Assembly (NCBI GenBank): GCA_046343855.1
Contig: JBKDMX010000114.1
Span: forward strand, 3,803-67,802
Direction of reading: 5' to 3'
Length of the DNA stretch: 64,000 nucleotides
Source: Planctomycetia bacterium
GTDB lineage: Bacteria; Planctomycetota; Planctomycetia; Pirellulales; UBA1268
This document shows positions 44,682 to 56,200 of this stretch, one piece after another. Within the stretch, counting starts at the first letter, position 1, and each line of letters begins with the position of its first letter. A program made the position numbers and the translations under genes. Below the pieces are notes generated by a model. The model had not been told where the DNA came from, did not search any database, and saw only the letters and a list, made by a program, of their open reading frames with translations.

Positions 44682-47600
44682 CTACTTGCAGAGCACTTCG
44701 TCGAGGTTCATGAGCTGGTTGGTGAGCATCGTCCAGCTCGCCAGCTGGACCAGATCGGTGCCCCGCGGCTTCGAGTCACCCACCACGATCAGCTGCTTCG
44801 CCTCGTCGGGGTGATCCTTGTACCAGGCCGACAGATCCGCGAGCGATCGCTTCACAACGGCGATTTCGTCGGCGGTGAAGGGGCGGGCGAGCAGCCGCTT
44901 GGCGATGAAGTCGATTCGCGCCTCGTCGGTGTCGCCCGCCACCTCGAGCGCCCGGTCGGCGAGGAACCGCGCCGCCTCGACGAACTGCGGGTCGTTGAGC
45001 GTGACGAGCGCCTGCAGCGGCGTGTTGGTCCGCTCCCGTTTCACGCAGCAGTTTTCGCGGGACGGGGCGTTGAAGATCTCCATCGAGGCCGGCGGGGCCG
45101 ACCGCTTCCAAAACCAATACATGCTGCGGCGGTAGACCGCCTCCCCCTTGTCGCGGGCGTATTTGCTCGTGTTGCCCCCCATCGAAACGGCCTCCCACAC
45201 GCCGTCCGGCTGATAGGGCTTCACGCTCGGGCCGCCGATCTGCTTCACGAGCAGGCCGCTGGCGGCGAGGGCCGCGTCGCGGACCATCTCCGCATCCATC
45301 CGGAACCGCGGCCCACGCGAGAGCAGCCGATTGGCATTGTCTTTAGCGAGTTTCTCCGGCGTCGCGGCGGCCGACTGGCGGTAGGTGCTGCTCATGACCA
45401 TCGTCTTGAAGAGCTTCTTGACGTCCCAGCCGCTCTCGATGAACTCGAGGGCAAGCCAGTCGAGCAGTTCCGGGTGGCTCGGCAGTTCGCCGGTGACGCC
45501 GAAATCACCGCTCGACCGCACGAGTCCGGTGCCAAACACCTCCTGCCAGAAGCGGTTCACGGTCACGCGGGCCGTAAGCGGATGCTCCTGGAGCAGGAGC
45601 CACTGCGCGAGGCCGAGGCGGTTCTTCGGGAGGTGTTCCGGGAACGGCGGCAGGATGTCGGGCGTATCGGCCTTCACCTCGTCCTTCCGCTTGTCGTATT
45701 CGCCGCGGTCGAGGATGTAGGCCTTCGCCATTTCATCCTTCTCGTTCATCACGTGGGCCACGGTGCCACGCGTGCGGATCGCGGCGTGTTCCGCTTCGAG
45801 CGCGGCCAGCGTCGCCACGAACGCCTTGGTGGGCTCGTCGAACGTGGCGAACCACCACTCGACGAGGCCTTCCGCCGCCTCGGAACGGTCGTCGGGGGGA
45901 AGTTTCACGACTTTTTCGAACGTCGGCTCGAGCGCAAGCCGTAGGATCTCATCGGCGGTGAGCCCGCGGCTCCAGATGGAGAGGCTGGCGAGGCCGATGC
46001 CCTGGGGGGCGAGCTCGCCTCCCGATCGCCCGCCCACTGTCAGCGGAGCATCAGTGCGAATCGACCGCTTCTGGAGTTTGTCGATGATCGCCTTCTTGGG
46101 CATCGGCTTGCCGTCGTAGAAAATGCTCACGCCCGCAGCGGCTCCCGAGCCGTCATAGCTCACCGCCACGTGCGTCCACTGGTCGGGCTTGATCTGCGCG
46201 TCGGCCGACACGCGAACCGCGTTCTCGTTCCCCTCATGCGCGATGTCGACCGTGATTCGTCGCTGGTCGTTGGAGACGGTCCAGCCGCGGCGCTTGTCGC
46301 CGGAAGTGCAGCGGGCCACGATCGCGCCAGGCCGCTCGAGCTCGTCGCACTGCACTTGGAACGCGACGGCGAACGGCTGATCGTACTCGAAGTCGCCGAC
46401 ATTGGGCAGTTCAGCCACCACGCCATGGAGAAAGAGCGCGGGACGGCCGCCGGGGCCGTCCTTCCATGCGGATTCTTTTCCGAGCACGAGCGGCAGGTCG
46501 ATCTCCTTGCCCCCCTGCCGGATCCGCGTGGCCGCGTCCTTGCCTTCGGCCAGCGGCATCTCCAGGGCGGGTGTGTCTTGCGGGGCGGTCCGCGTGGCGA
46601 CTTCAGGCGTGAGACTCTTGACCCACTCCTCGAACTCGGGTCGGGCCGCTTTCCGCCGATCCGCCGCCGCGGCCTTCGTCGCCGGAATCTCGCGCTGGAG
46701 CGCCGCGAACCGCGGCCGGTCTTCGACCCGCGGCACCGGCAGGATCGGCGGCGTGTCGTGGATGTTGCCGTCCATCGCCGCCTGCGTGGTGTTATTGAAG
46801 AAGGCGGAGAGTTCGTAAAACTCCTTCTGCGACAGCGGATCGAACTTGTGATCGTGGCAGACGGCGCAGCCCGTCGTGAGGCCGAGCCAGACGGCGGACG
46901 TGGTCTCCGTGCGGTCGCGGGTGTAGAGGACGAGATATTCCTCGGCGATCGCGCCCCCCTCGCTCGTCGTCATGTTGCAGCGGTTGAAGCCGCTGGCGAT
47001 CCGGTTGTCGAGAATCTGCTCGGGCGTGGCGCTCGGCCCGTGTTCGCTCACGAGGTCGCCCGCCAGCTGCAGGATCGTGAACTGGTCGAATGGCATGTTG
47101 CGGTTGAACGCATTCACCACCCACTGCCGGTAGGTCCACATCTCGCGGTAGTTGTCGAAGTGGATGCCGTGGGTGTCGGCATAGCGGGCGTAGTCGAGCC
47201 AGTGGCGGCCGCGGTGCTCGCCCCATTCGAGGCTCGCCAGCAGCGTGTCGACGAGCCGGTCGTAGGCATCGGGATGCGGGTCGGCCACGAAGGCATCGAC
47301 GACGGCCGGCTCCGGCGGCAGCCCCGTGAGATCGAGCGCGAGCCGACGGGCGATCGTGCGGCGGTCGGCCTCCGGCGCGGGAGAGAGGCCTTCCTTCTCA
47401 AGTCGGGCGAGGACGAACGAGTCGATCGGGTTCTTGATCCACTCCTTCTGCTTCACGGCCGGCAGTTCCGGCCGCGCCGGTGGGATGAACGACCAATGTG
47501 GCTGATATTCGGCCCCCTCGGCGATCCACCGCTTCAGCAACTCCTTTTGCTCGGCCGAGAGCGTCTTCTTCACGGCCGGCGGCGGCATCACCTCCTCGGG

Positions 47601-47870
47601 ATCGTCGGAGAAGATCCGGTCGAGGGCCACGCTCGAATCGGGGTCGCCGGGAGCGATGGCCCCGCTCTCGACCGCGGCGTCGCGGTCGTCGAGCCGGAGG
47701 TCGGCCTTGCGGCCGGCGCTATCGGCGCCGTGGCAGCCGAAGCAGTTCTCGACGAGGATCGGACGGATCTGCTCGTTGTACGAAATCTTTTCCGCGGCCG
47801 GGGCAAAGCCCGCCGGCACGGCTGCAGCCGCAAACGCAAGCGAAATCGCAATCAAGGTGGAGCGGTGCAT
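44682..47870 (-). CDS. PSCyt1-DUF1549(PSCyt2)-LamG-DUF1553(PSD1) planctomycete cytochrome-C-domain protein
   Basis: ATG at 47870 (MHRSTLIAISLAF...) with AGGAGG 5 nt upstream. Heme-like CFGCHG site. Central LamG/concanavalin-like block (WTHVAVSYDG...IFYDGKP). C-terminal PSD1-type region. 1062 aa. Confidence 0.9.
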   Translation of the reverse strand: MHRSTLIAISLAFAAAAVPAGFAPAAEKISYNEQIRPILVENCFGCHGADSAGRKADLRLDDRDAAVESGAIAPGDPDSSVALDRIFSDDPEEVMPPPAVKKTLSAEQKELLKRWIAEGAEYQPHWSFIPPARPELPAVKQKEWIKNPIDSFVLARLEKEGLSPAPEADRRTIARRLALDLTGLPPEPAVVDAFVADPHPDAYDRLVDTLLASLEWGEHRGRHWLDYARYADTHGIHFDNYREMWTYRQWVVNAFNRNMPFDQFTILQLAGDLVSEHGPSATPEQILDNRIASGFNRCNMTTSEGGAIAEEYLVLYTRDRTETTSAVWLGLTTGCAVCHDHKFDPLSQKEFYELSAFFNNTTQAAMDGNIHDTPPILPVPRVEDRPRFAALQREIPATKAAAADRRKAARPEFEEWVKSLTPEVATRTAPQDTPALEMPLAEGKDAATRIRQGGKEIDLPLVLGKESAWKDGPGGRPALFLHGVVAELPNVGDFEYDQPFAVAFQVQCDELERPGAIVARCTSGDKRRGWTVSNDQRRITVDIAHEGNENAVRVSADAQIKPDQWTHVAVSYDGSGAAAGVSIFYDGKPMPKKAIIDKLQKRSIRTDAPLTVGGRSGGELAPQGIGLASLSIWSRGLTADEILRLALEPTFEKVVKLPPDDRSEAAEGLVEWWFATFDEPTKAFVATLAALEAEHAAIRTRGTVAHVMNEKDEMAKAYILDRGEYDKRKDEVKADTPDILPPFPEHLPKNRLGLAQWLLLQEHPLTARVTVNRFWQEVFGTGLVRSSGDFGVTGELPSHPELLDWLALEFIESGWDVKKLFKTMVMSSTYRQSAAATPEKLAKDNANRLLSRGPRFRMDAEMVRDAALAASGLLVKQIGGPSVKPYQPDGVWEAVSMGGNTSKYARDKGEAVYRRSMYWFWKRSAPPASMEIFNAPSRENCCVKRERTNTPLQALVTLNDPQFVEAARFLADRALEVAGDTDEARIDFIAKRLLARPFTADEIAVVKRSLADLSAWYKDHPDEAKQLIVVGDSKPRGTDLVQLASWTMLTNQLMNLDEVLCK

Positions 47871-48062
47871 GAAACCTCCTGGCTGCTGACAAGCCGCGCT
47901 AGGAAGCACCCAGCGAGACGTTCGGCATCGATGTCCAAGGGTGACGGCGTTGCGCTCCGCCGACACGGTCAACCATAACTATAGCACGTGTTTTCGCCGG
48001 AAACCACGTTGACGAGCGGTGCGCAACCCGTTTTCTGACAGGGTTTTGTCGCTCAATTCGGG

Positions 48063-50117
48063 CTACGCTGTCGGCCCGCATTCGGCGTGGGCGAGCACGG
48101 TGGCGAAGGGGACGCTGGCCAGCAGACCGAAGGCGGCGTGGCGGCCCAGCCGCTCCCGGCTCGTGGCAGGGCTCGTGAGCCCGCAGAGAAAGCGGGCCAG
48201 TTGGCGGGGGGTGCGCAGCGATGGCCGGTCCTCGGCCACGAGGGCCTCGATGGCCGCGGCCTGCGCGGTCGTGATTTCCCGCGCTGTGGAGGAGGGAATC
48301 TCCCGGGTGGCACCGGCGGATGATTCCGGAGAGCCTCGCTCGGTGGCGTCACAGCTCGTGCAGCCGCCGCACCCGATTTGCCCCTCGTTGCTTGCCTGCG
48401 GGCTGACATCCTCGCCGAAGTAGCGGAGGAGCCTCTGGGTGAGGCAGCCGCGGTCTGCCGCGAAGTCGAGCACTGATTGCAGCCGCTCGAGATCGCGGGC
48501 TTCGCGTATGGCAAACAATTCCTGCATCGAATGGGTGAGCGCGTCGAGATCGGGCTGGGCCGAGGCATTGCGCTGCACGCCGCCGGTCAGCCGGAAACGC
48601 TGACGGCTGCCGCTGGGCTTGAGCTCGATGCTGCCCGATTCGGCAAGCCAGCCGAGCGCCTTCACGATGCGGTCGCGCGGCTCTGCCATGTCGGCTGCGG
48701 CTGCTTCGGGGTCGATCGTGGTCCACTTCGTGCCGCGCTTGCCGCAGTGCAGGAGCTGCTTCAGGAAGGCCTGCCGCTCGGGCGTGTGTTTGGCAAGCAC
48801 GGCCGACTCTGGCTCGAGCAGCCGAAACTGGTAGCCGGCATAAAACGATCCCAACGGGCGGAGCACCCCGGCCAGCTCCAGATGGGTGAGGACCGTCTCG
48901 ATCACCAGCGGACGGATGTCGGTGGACTGCGAAAGCTCGTAGAGCGAGATGTCGAACTCGCCCGATGGCTGACCAGGACGTTGCTTGGTCGTAGCGGCTG
49001 CAGGCGCGAGAGTCCGGCCGAGAATGTGGCCGAGGAGCTGCCGAATCGCCTCCGGTGTGGGCGTGTCGCCATAGGTGAAATTCTCGAGCGCGATCCGATC
49101 GTCGGCGCAGGCCAGGAGTTCGCAGACGGAGGGGAGGCCGTCGCGGCCCGCGCGGCCCGTTTCCTGCGAGTAGTTTTCCAGCGTCTTCGGCAGGTTGTAG
49201 TGATAGACGCCGCGGATGTCGGCCTTGTCGATGCCCATGCCGAAGGCGATCGTGGCGACGATCGTGTCGGCGCGGCCGCGCATGAAGGCATCTTGCGCCG
49301 CATGCCGCTTTTCGTCCGGCAGGCCGGCGTGATAGGCGAGGGCCTTGAGGCCGCGCTTCTGCAGGTGATTCGCCACCTGCTCTGCCGTTTTCTGCAGCGT
49401 CACATAGACGATCGCCGCCCCCTGCCGCTCCTGCAGGCGGCTCGTGAGCAGATCGAGGCGATGCTTGTCGGCGCAGGGCGTCACCCGGTAGGCCAGGTTT
49501 GGCCTCAAGAACGAGGTCTGCACGTGGTCGGCCTCGGCGATGCCGAAGGCCCGGCGGATATCGGCCGCGACCGCGGGCGTCGCCGTGGCCGTCAGCGCCA
49601 GTACGGGGCTGATGCCCAGTTCCTCGGCGACATGCGCCAGCCGCAGGTATTCCGGCCGGAAGTTATGCCCCCACTCCGAGATGCAGTGCGCCTCGTCCAC
49701 CGCCATCATCGCGATCCTGGTCCGCGCAAGCCGGGTGACGAATTGCTCGCTCATCAGCCGCTCCGGGGCGATGTAGAGCAGTTTCAGCGTGCCGCTGCGG
49801 ATGCGTTCATAGACGCTCGCGGCCTCGTCGGGCGTCAGCGAGGAATCGAGCCGCGCCGCCGCAATGCCCCGCGCCTCGAGCGACTCGACCTGATCCTTCA
49901 TCAGGGCGATCAACGGCGAGATGACGACCGTCAGCCCATCCATCAGCAGGCTCGGCAGCTGATAGCAGAGCGACTTGCCGGCGCCCGTAGGGAAAAGGGC
50001 CAGCGCGCTTCTGCCGGCCAGCAGCGACTCGATCACCTGCTCCTGTCCGTCGCGGAATGAGGAGTGGCCGAATGAGCGATTGAGAACGGTTTGCAGGTCG
50101 TGAGGCATGGCAAGCAA
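48063..50117 (-). CDS. recQ: RecQ-family ATP-dependent DNA helicase with long C-terminal extension
   Basis: 684 aa. Motifs: FPTGAGKSLCYQ (motif I), DEAHCISEWGHNFRPEY (DEAH), and helicase C motifs. The ~300-aa C-terminal extension contains CGGCTSC and an HTH-like tail (RQLARFLCGLTSPATSR). Confidence 0.9.
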   Translation of the reverse strand: MLAMPHDLQTVLNRSFGHSSFRDGQEQVIESLLAGRSALALFPTGAGKSLCYQLPSLLMDGLTVVISPLIALMKDQVESLEARGIAAARLDSSLTPDEAASVYERIRSGTLKLLYIAPERLMSEQFVTRLARTRIAMMAVDEAHCISEWGHNFRPEYLRLAHVAEELGISPVLALTATATPAVAADIRRAFGIAEADHVQTSFLRPNLAYRVTPCADKHRLDLLTSRLQERQGAAIVYVTLQKTAEQVANHLQKRGLKALAYHAGLPDEKRHAAQDAFMRGRADTIVATIAFGMGIDKADIRGVYHYNLPKTLENYSQETGRAGRDGLPSVCELLACADDRIALENFTYGDTPTPEAIRQLLGHILGRTLAPAAATTKQRPGQPSGEFDISLYELSQSTDIRPLVIETVLTHLELAGVLRPLGSFYAGYQFRLLEPESAVLAKHTPERQAFLKQLLHCGKRGTKWTTIDPEAAAADMAEPRDRIVKALGWLAESGSIELKPSGSRQRFRLTGGVQRNASAQPDLDALTHSMQELFAIREARDLERLQSVLDFAADRGCLTQRLLRYFGEDVSPQASNEGQIGCGGCTSCDATERGSPESSAGATREIPSSTAREITTAQAAAIEALVAEDRPSLRTPRQLARFLCGLTSPATSRERLGRHAAFGLLASVPFATVLAHAECGPTA

Positions 50118-50234
50118 GTCCGTGTGTGCCGAATGCGAAGGGAGTATACAGGCGTATATACATTGTCAAGCCGTGTCTGCCGCCCCGTAGACTTCCATCT
50201 CGATCGACCCCCAGGTTTCCCGGAGGGCTTTCCC

Positions 50235-53200
50235 GTGCCGTCCCGCTTTGCCGCCGTGGTTCTTCTCCTCGCCGGATTTCTTTTCGGAGCCACCCGCATG
50301 ACACGCGAAGACGCCCGCGGCGACGAAGTGCCGAATGGCTCGCCGGCCGAGATCGCCCGCGACATCGCCACGAAGGTGCTTGCCGAGACCCGCGACCGGC
50401 CCGCCGACGATCCCGAACGGCTCATCCGCCTGGCCGCTGCGAGCGACAAGGCGCCGGCCGAATCGCGCGGGGTCTTGGAGGCGATCCGGGCCAACTGGAC
50501 GTGGGGCTTTTTCATGAACAACCGCTGGCGGTTCGCCCAGCGGACGGGTGGCGGGGCGGCCGACGGCCTTGCGTCGATCGCGTCGTGGGATCTGCCGAAA
50601 ATCGTCGGCGAGATCCGCGGCCGCTTTGCGGCGGCGATCGCGCAGAAGGATGCGCTCCAGAAACTGCCAGTCACCGAGTGGAACGCCGTGCTCGAGCCGG
50701 GCACGATGCCCGATGCCTACCGGCCGACGGTCTGGGACGTGATCGTGCGCGATGCACTCGCCTTCGCGGAGTCGGGCGAGCGCGGCCTTGTCGATCCGGA
50801 AGACGCCTTCGAACTTTCGGCCGATGGTCCAGCCCTCGGCACGCGCGATGAATTTCTCGCCTGGCGGCCCGCCGAAGATCCAGCCGTGACCGATCGCGAT
50901 TCGCCACTCCTCCAGGCGGCCGGCCTCTACCGCGACCTGATCGAGTTTCACGCGGGCGATGCTGAGCGCACCGCCCTTCTCTCCGCCGATCTCGACCGGA
51001 TCCTCTGGGCATCCGCTCACACCGTGGGGGATGAAATCGCCGATCGCAAGCGGGGAGCGCTCGAAGCCTTTATCGCGAAGGCCGGCGACCACGAGACGGC
51101 AGCGTTGGCCCGCTACCACCTCGCCGCGGTCGCTCGTGAAGAGAATGATCTGGTCGAGGCGCGCGCGATCGCGGCCCAAGCCGTCGAGCAGCATCCCAAA
51201 AGCCCCGGCGCGAAGCTCTGCAAAAACCTGATCGCCGAGATCGAGGGGAAATCGCTCAACGTGTTTGTCGAGCGGACGTGGGCCAAGCCCTGGCCCGTGC
51301 TGTGCGTGCGTTACCGCAATCTCGGAACCGTGCACCTGCGAATCGTGAAGGCCGACTGGATGGAGCGGATGCTTGCGGGCAGGGCGCATGCCGGCTGGCT
51401 CGACGACGCCGAGCGGGCGAAACTGCTTGCGGCGACGCCACTCAAAGCATTCAAGTCAGAGTTGCCGCCGACCGGCGATTACCAGGAGCGATCGCACGAT
51501 ATCCCGGTGCCGCAGGATCTCGCGCCCGGTAGCTATTGGGTGATCGCCAGCACGCGGGAGGATTTCGGCGAGCAAGACAACGCCGTGTCGGCCGGGCTCG
51601 TCTGGGTGAGCCGGCTCGGGCTCGTCACGAATGGATCGAATCCGCGCGTGGGCCAGCCGCTCACCGGCCATGTCGTCGACATCGCGTCGGGCGAACCGCT
51701 CGCCAACGCGAGCGTGCAGATGTTCGTGCAGCAGCAGGGGCATCCGCCCCGGTTCGCTCCCGGCAAGACGGCCACGACCGATCGCGACGGCCGCTACGAA
51801 CTGCCGGCCGAGCAGGGCCGCGAGGTCGTGCTGCTCGTGAAGGCGAGCGTCGACGGCCGCGACGAGACGGTCGGCAGCGAGCCTGCGCACACCTGGCAGC
51901 AGCCGCCGCAGGAGCCCCACAACTCGATCGTGCTCATGACCGACCGCGGCATCCATCGCCCCGGCCAGATCGTCTTCTATAAGGGGATCCTCTGCCACAG
52001 CGATCCGGAGAGGCGTGAATACGCCGCGGTCGCCGGCAAGCCGGTGAAGGCGGTGCTTCGCGATGCGAACGGCCGCGAGGTGGCGCAGGCGGAACTCAAG
52101 ACGAACGCGAACGGCTCGTTCCACGGTGAGTTTGCGATCGCGACGGGGGCGCTGCCCGGGCAATGGACGATCCTCGCCGAGGGGCCGAATGCCGCTGGCG
52201 TCGCGAATGTGCGGGTGGAGGAATACAAGCGGCCCACGTTTCAGGTGAAGTTCGGCGCCGCGACTGGCGAGGTCGTGCTCGATCGCCCGGTGACGCTCAC
52301 CGGCACCGCGACGACCTACACCGGCCTGCCGGTCGCCGGCGCGAAGGTCCGCTACCGCGTCGAGCGCGAGATGCGGTTTCCCGACTGGTGCCGCTGGTTC
52401 TTCCCATGGCTGCCCTTCGGCGGCAGCGCCGCCAATATCGCCCGCGGCACGGCCGTCACCGATGCGAATGGTGCATTCACCGTAACCTTCCCCGCGAAGC
52501 CCGACCGCTCGGTGCCGCGGGAGTCGGCGCCGGTCTTCACCTATGCCGTGAAGGCCGACGTGACCGATGCCGCCGGGGAGACGCGGAGCGACGAGCGGCG
52601 GGTGTCGGCGGGCTATGCCGCGATCGAGGCTGCGGTCTCGGCCGAGAAGTGGCAGGAGGTGGGCAAGGCCGGCGAACCGGCCGCCGTCGCGCTTACGGTC
52701 GGCACGCATTCGCTCGATGGCGATCCGCGTGCGGCCGGCGGCACGCTGAAAATCTTCACGCTCGTTCAGCCGGCGGAGGTCGCCCGCGGTGACGCCTTCG
52801 CGTCGGAACCGCGCCCGATGCGGATGTCGCGCCGTCGCGGTGGCAGGCCCGCGGCGATCCCGCCACAGCCGCCCGTGAACGATCCCTCCGATCCAGAGAC
52901 GTGGGCTCTAGGCGACGTCGTCTTCAGCGAGACCGTGCGCACCGATCCGGCCACGGGGAAGGTGCTGGCCACGGCGAAACTGCCGGCGGGCATCTACCGG
53001 GCGGAGTTCGAGGTCGCGGCGAGCGATCCGTCGGTGAAGGCCCGCCGCACGATCGAGGTGATCGATCCGGCGGCCGCGCGGTATCCGGTGAAGCGGCCGT
53101 TCCTGCTCACGGCGCAGCGGCTCTCGGCCGAGCCGGGCAGCGAGTTTCGTGCGATCGCGGCCACGGGCTACGACCGCGGCCGGATGCTCGTCGAGGTTTC

Positions 53201-56200
53201 GCAGTCGGGCAAGACGCTCGCGCGATTCTGGACCGAGCCGGGGCGGACGCAGTGGCCGATCACCGTGAAGGTGGGCGAGGAGCACCGCGGCGGGTTTTCG
53301 ATCCGCGCCTGGCTCGTGCGCAATGGCCGGCTGCACGCCGAGACGCTCACGGTGGACGTGCCGTGGACGAACAAGCAGCTCTCGATCGCGTGGGAGCGGT
53401 TCACGCGGCGGGTCGAGCCGGCCGCGCAGGAGGTCTGGCGGGCGAAGATCAAGGCCACCGGCGCTGCCGACGCCCCGGCGGTCGCTGAGATGGTGGCGAC
53501 GCTCTACGACCAATCGCTCGACGCGCTGGCGGCGCACGACTGGCCGAGCGGTCTGGGCAACCTGTTCCGCCGCGAGTGGGATTCGCGCGTGAACGCGTTT
53601 TCGAATGGCGGCCTGGCGCTCAACCAGATCGGCGGCAACTGGGAGATGCGGTATGAGCCTGTCGAGATCAGCTATCGCGAATTTCGCGACGAGTTTGGGC
53701 CGGGCGGCGGGGGAGCGGGCGTCGGAATCGTCCGAGGCGGCATGAAGCGCGGCATGATGCCGGAGGTCGCGATGATGGCGGCACCGGCCGCGGCCGCGAT
53801 GGATGCGGAAGGCGTCGCCACCAACGGCATCCTGCGGAAGGGCGGCGATGCCGCGGCACCACCGCCGGCAGCCTCGCGGACCGCGGCCCCGCCGCCACCG
53901 CGGAAAAACCTCGCCGAGACGGCGTTCTTTTTCCCCGCGCTCAGGAGCGGCGCCGATGGCGCCGTGACGATCGAATTCACGCTCCCCGACACGCTCACGA
54001 CCTGGCAGTTCAAGTCGCTTGCCCACGATGCGAGCCTCCGCAGTGGCACGCTCCTCGACGCCTGCGTGGCCGCCAAAGATCTGATGGTGGAGCCGATGCC
54101 GCCGCGGTTTCTGCGGGAAGGCGACGTCGTCGAGATTCCGGTGAAGGTGAGCAACCGCTCCACGGGACGACTTTCCGGCACGGTGCAGTTCGACCTCGCC
54201 GACGCCCGCACGGGCGTTTCCCGCGACGAACTTGTGGCGACGGCGCGTTCGCAGCCCTTCGATCTGGCGGCGGGTGAATCGCAGCCGGTGTTCTTCACCG
54301 TGAAGGTGGCCGAGGGCACGGAGACGCTCCGGTATCTCGCCACCGGCTCGGCCGGCCGGGCAAGCGACGGCGAGGAGGCGCTGCTGCCGGTGCTCTCGAA
54401 GCGGGTGCTCGTGACGGAGACGGTGCCGATCACGCTTCGCGGGCCCGGCGAAAAGCGGGTGGTCGTGGAGCGGCTCGCGAAGCCGGCCGATTCGATCGAG
54501 AGCCAGTCGTTCGTGGTGCAGGCGGCGTCGAATCCGGCCTGGTATGCCGTGATGGCGCTGCCTTCGATCATGGAGCAGGCCGACGAGAGCACGGAGACGC
54601 TCTTCACGCGGCTCTATGCCAACACGCTCGCGCGGCACATCGCGACCCGTGATCCGCGGATTCAAAAGATCTTCGAGCAGTGGAAGGGGACGAAAGCCCT
54701 CGTGAGCCCGCTCGAGAAAAACGCCGATCTCGTGACGACGCTCCTCGCCGAGACGCCGTGGGTGCGCGAGGCGGTGGACGAGACGGAGGTCCGGGCGCGG
54801 ATCGCCCTGCTCTTCGACGCAAACCGCGCGGCCGACGAGGCGAAGGGAGCCCTCGCACGGCTCGAGGCGCTGCGGAACCACGACGGCGGCTGGCCGTGGT
54901 TTCCGGGTGGCACCACCTGCGATTCGGTGTCGCTTGGGATCATCGCGGGCTTCGGTCGGCTGCGGGTGGCCGGCGCCACGATCGACGTGCAGCCGGCGCT
55001 GGCCGCACTGCCGTGGCTCGACGGGCGGCTGATCGAGGAGCGGAAACGGGCCGAGAAAACCTGGGGCTCGAAACCCGACGACATGGTGCTCACGCCGATC
55101 GGCGCGTTCGCCCTCTATGCGCGAAGCTTCTTCAAGAACGATGCAGCTCCGCAGGACGAGGCGGCGGAGGCCGTCCGCTGGGGGCTCGACGTCGGCAGGA
55201 AGTCGTGGCAGAAGCTCGATGCCCGGCGTTCGCAGGGGCATCTGGCGATCGCCCTGCATCGCGCCGGCGATCGTGAGACGTCGCGGGCGATCGTGAAGAG
55301 CCTCGACGAGCGGAGCACCGGCCGCGATGGCCAGGAGGACAACTGGCAGGGCATGTGGTGGCGGGATTTGCACCCCGGCTGGTGGAGCTGGGCGCATGCG
55401 CCGATCGAGACGCAGGCCGTGATGATCGAGGCGTTCGACGAGGTCGCTGGCGACGCGGCGGCGGTCGAGGCGTTGAAGGCCTGGCTCCTTTCGCAAAAGC
55501 GGACGAGCCGCTGGCCGGGGAGCCGGGCGACGGCCGACGCGGTCGCGGCGCTCTTCGGCCGCGGCGACGACCTGCTCGCGGCCAAGGAACTCGTGACGGT
55601 GACGGTCGGCGGCGAGCCCGTGCAGGCCGCCGACGCCGAGGCGGGCACCGGCTTCTTCGAGGAGCGGTTCGTGCGGCGGGAGATCACGCCGAAGCTCGCG
55701 GAGGTGGTCATGAAGAAGGCCGACGCGGGAATCGCCTGGGGAGGCATCCACTGGCAGTATCTCGACGACATCGCCAACGTGCCGGCGGCCGGCCGTGGCG
55801 AACTGGCGATCGAGAAGAGGCTTTTCGTGAAGCGGTTTACGAAGGCGGGACCCGTGCTCGAGCCGGCGGTGGAGGGGGCCGCCACGAAACTCGCCGTCGG
55901 CGACGAGCTGGTCGTGCGGCTCGTCGTGACGAGTGACCGCGATTACGAGTTTCTGGAGTTGGCCGACCACCGGCCGAGCCTCACGGAGCCGGTGGACGTG
56001 CTCTCCGGCTGGCGGTGGGGGGATGGCGTGGGCTGGTATGTCGCGATCCGCGATGCCTCCATGCAGCTGTTCTTCGAGCGGCTCCCGCGGGGGACGCACG
56101 TCTTCGAGTATTCCCTCCGCGCCGCGCACCGCGGCAGTGGATCGAGCGGCTTCGCGCGGATCCAGAGCCGCTACGCCCCGGAGTTTGCCGCCCACTCTGC

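Noticed and set aside
50143-50161. The AT-rich GTATACAGGCGTATATAC in the recQ/A2M divergent spacer as a promoter or operator.
   Set aside because: It is plausible as a -10 element (TATACA/TATATA). However, I could not find a matching -35 at a proper spacing, and planctomycete promoter consensus is poorly defined. The evidence is insufficient to call a feature.
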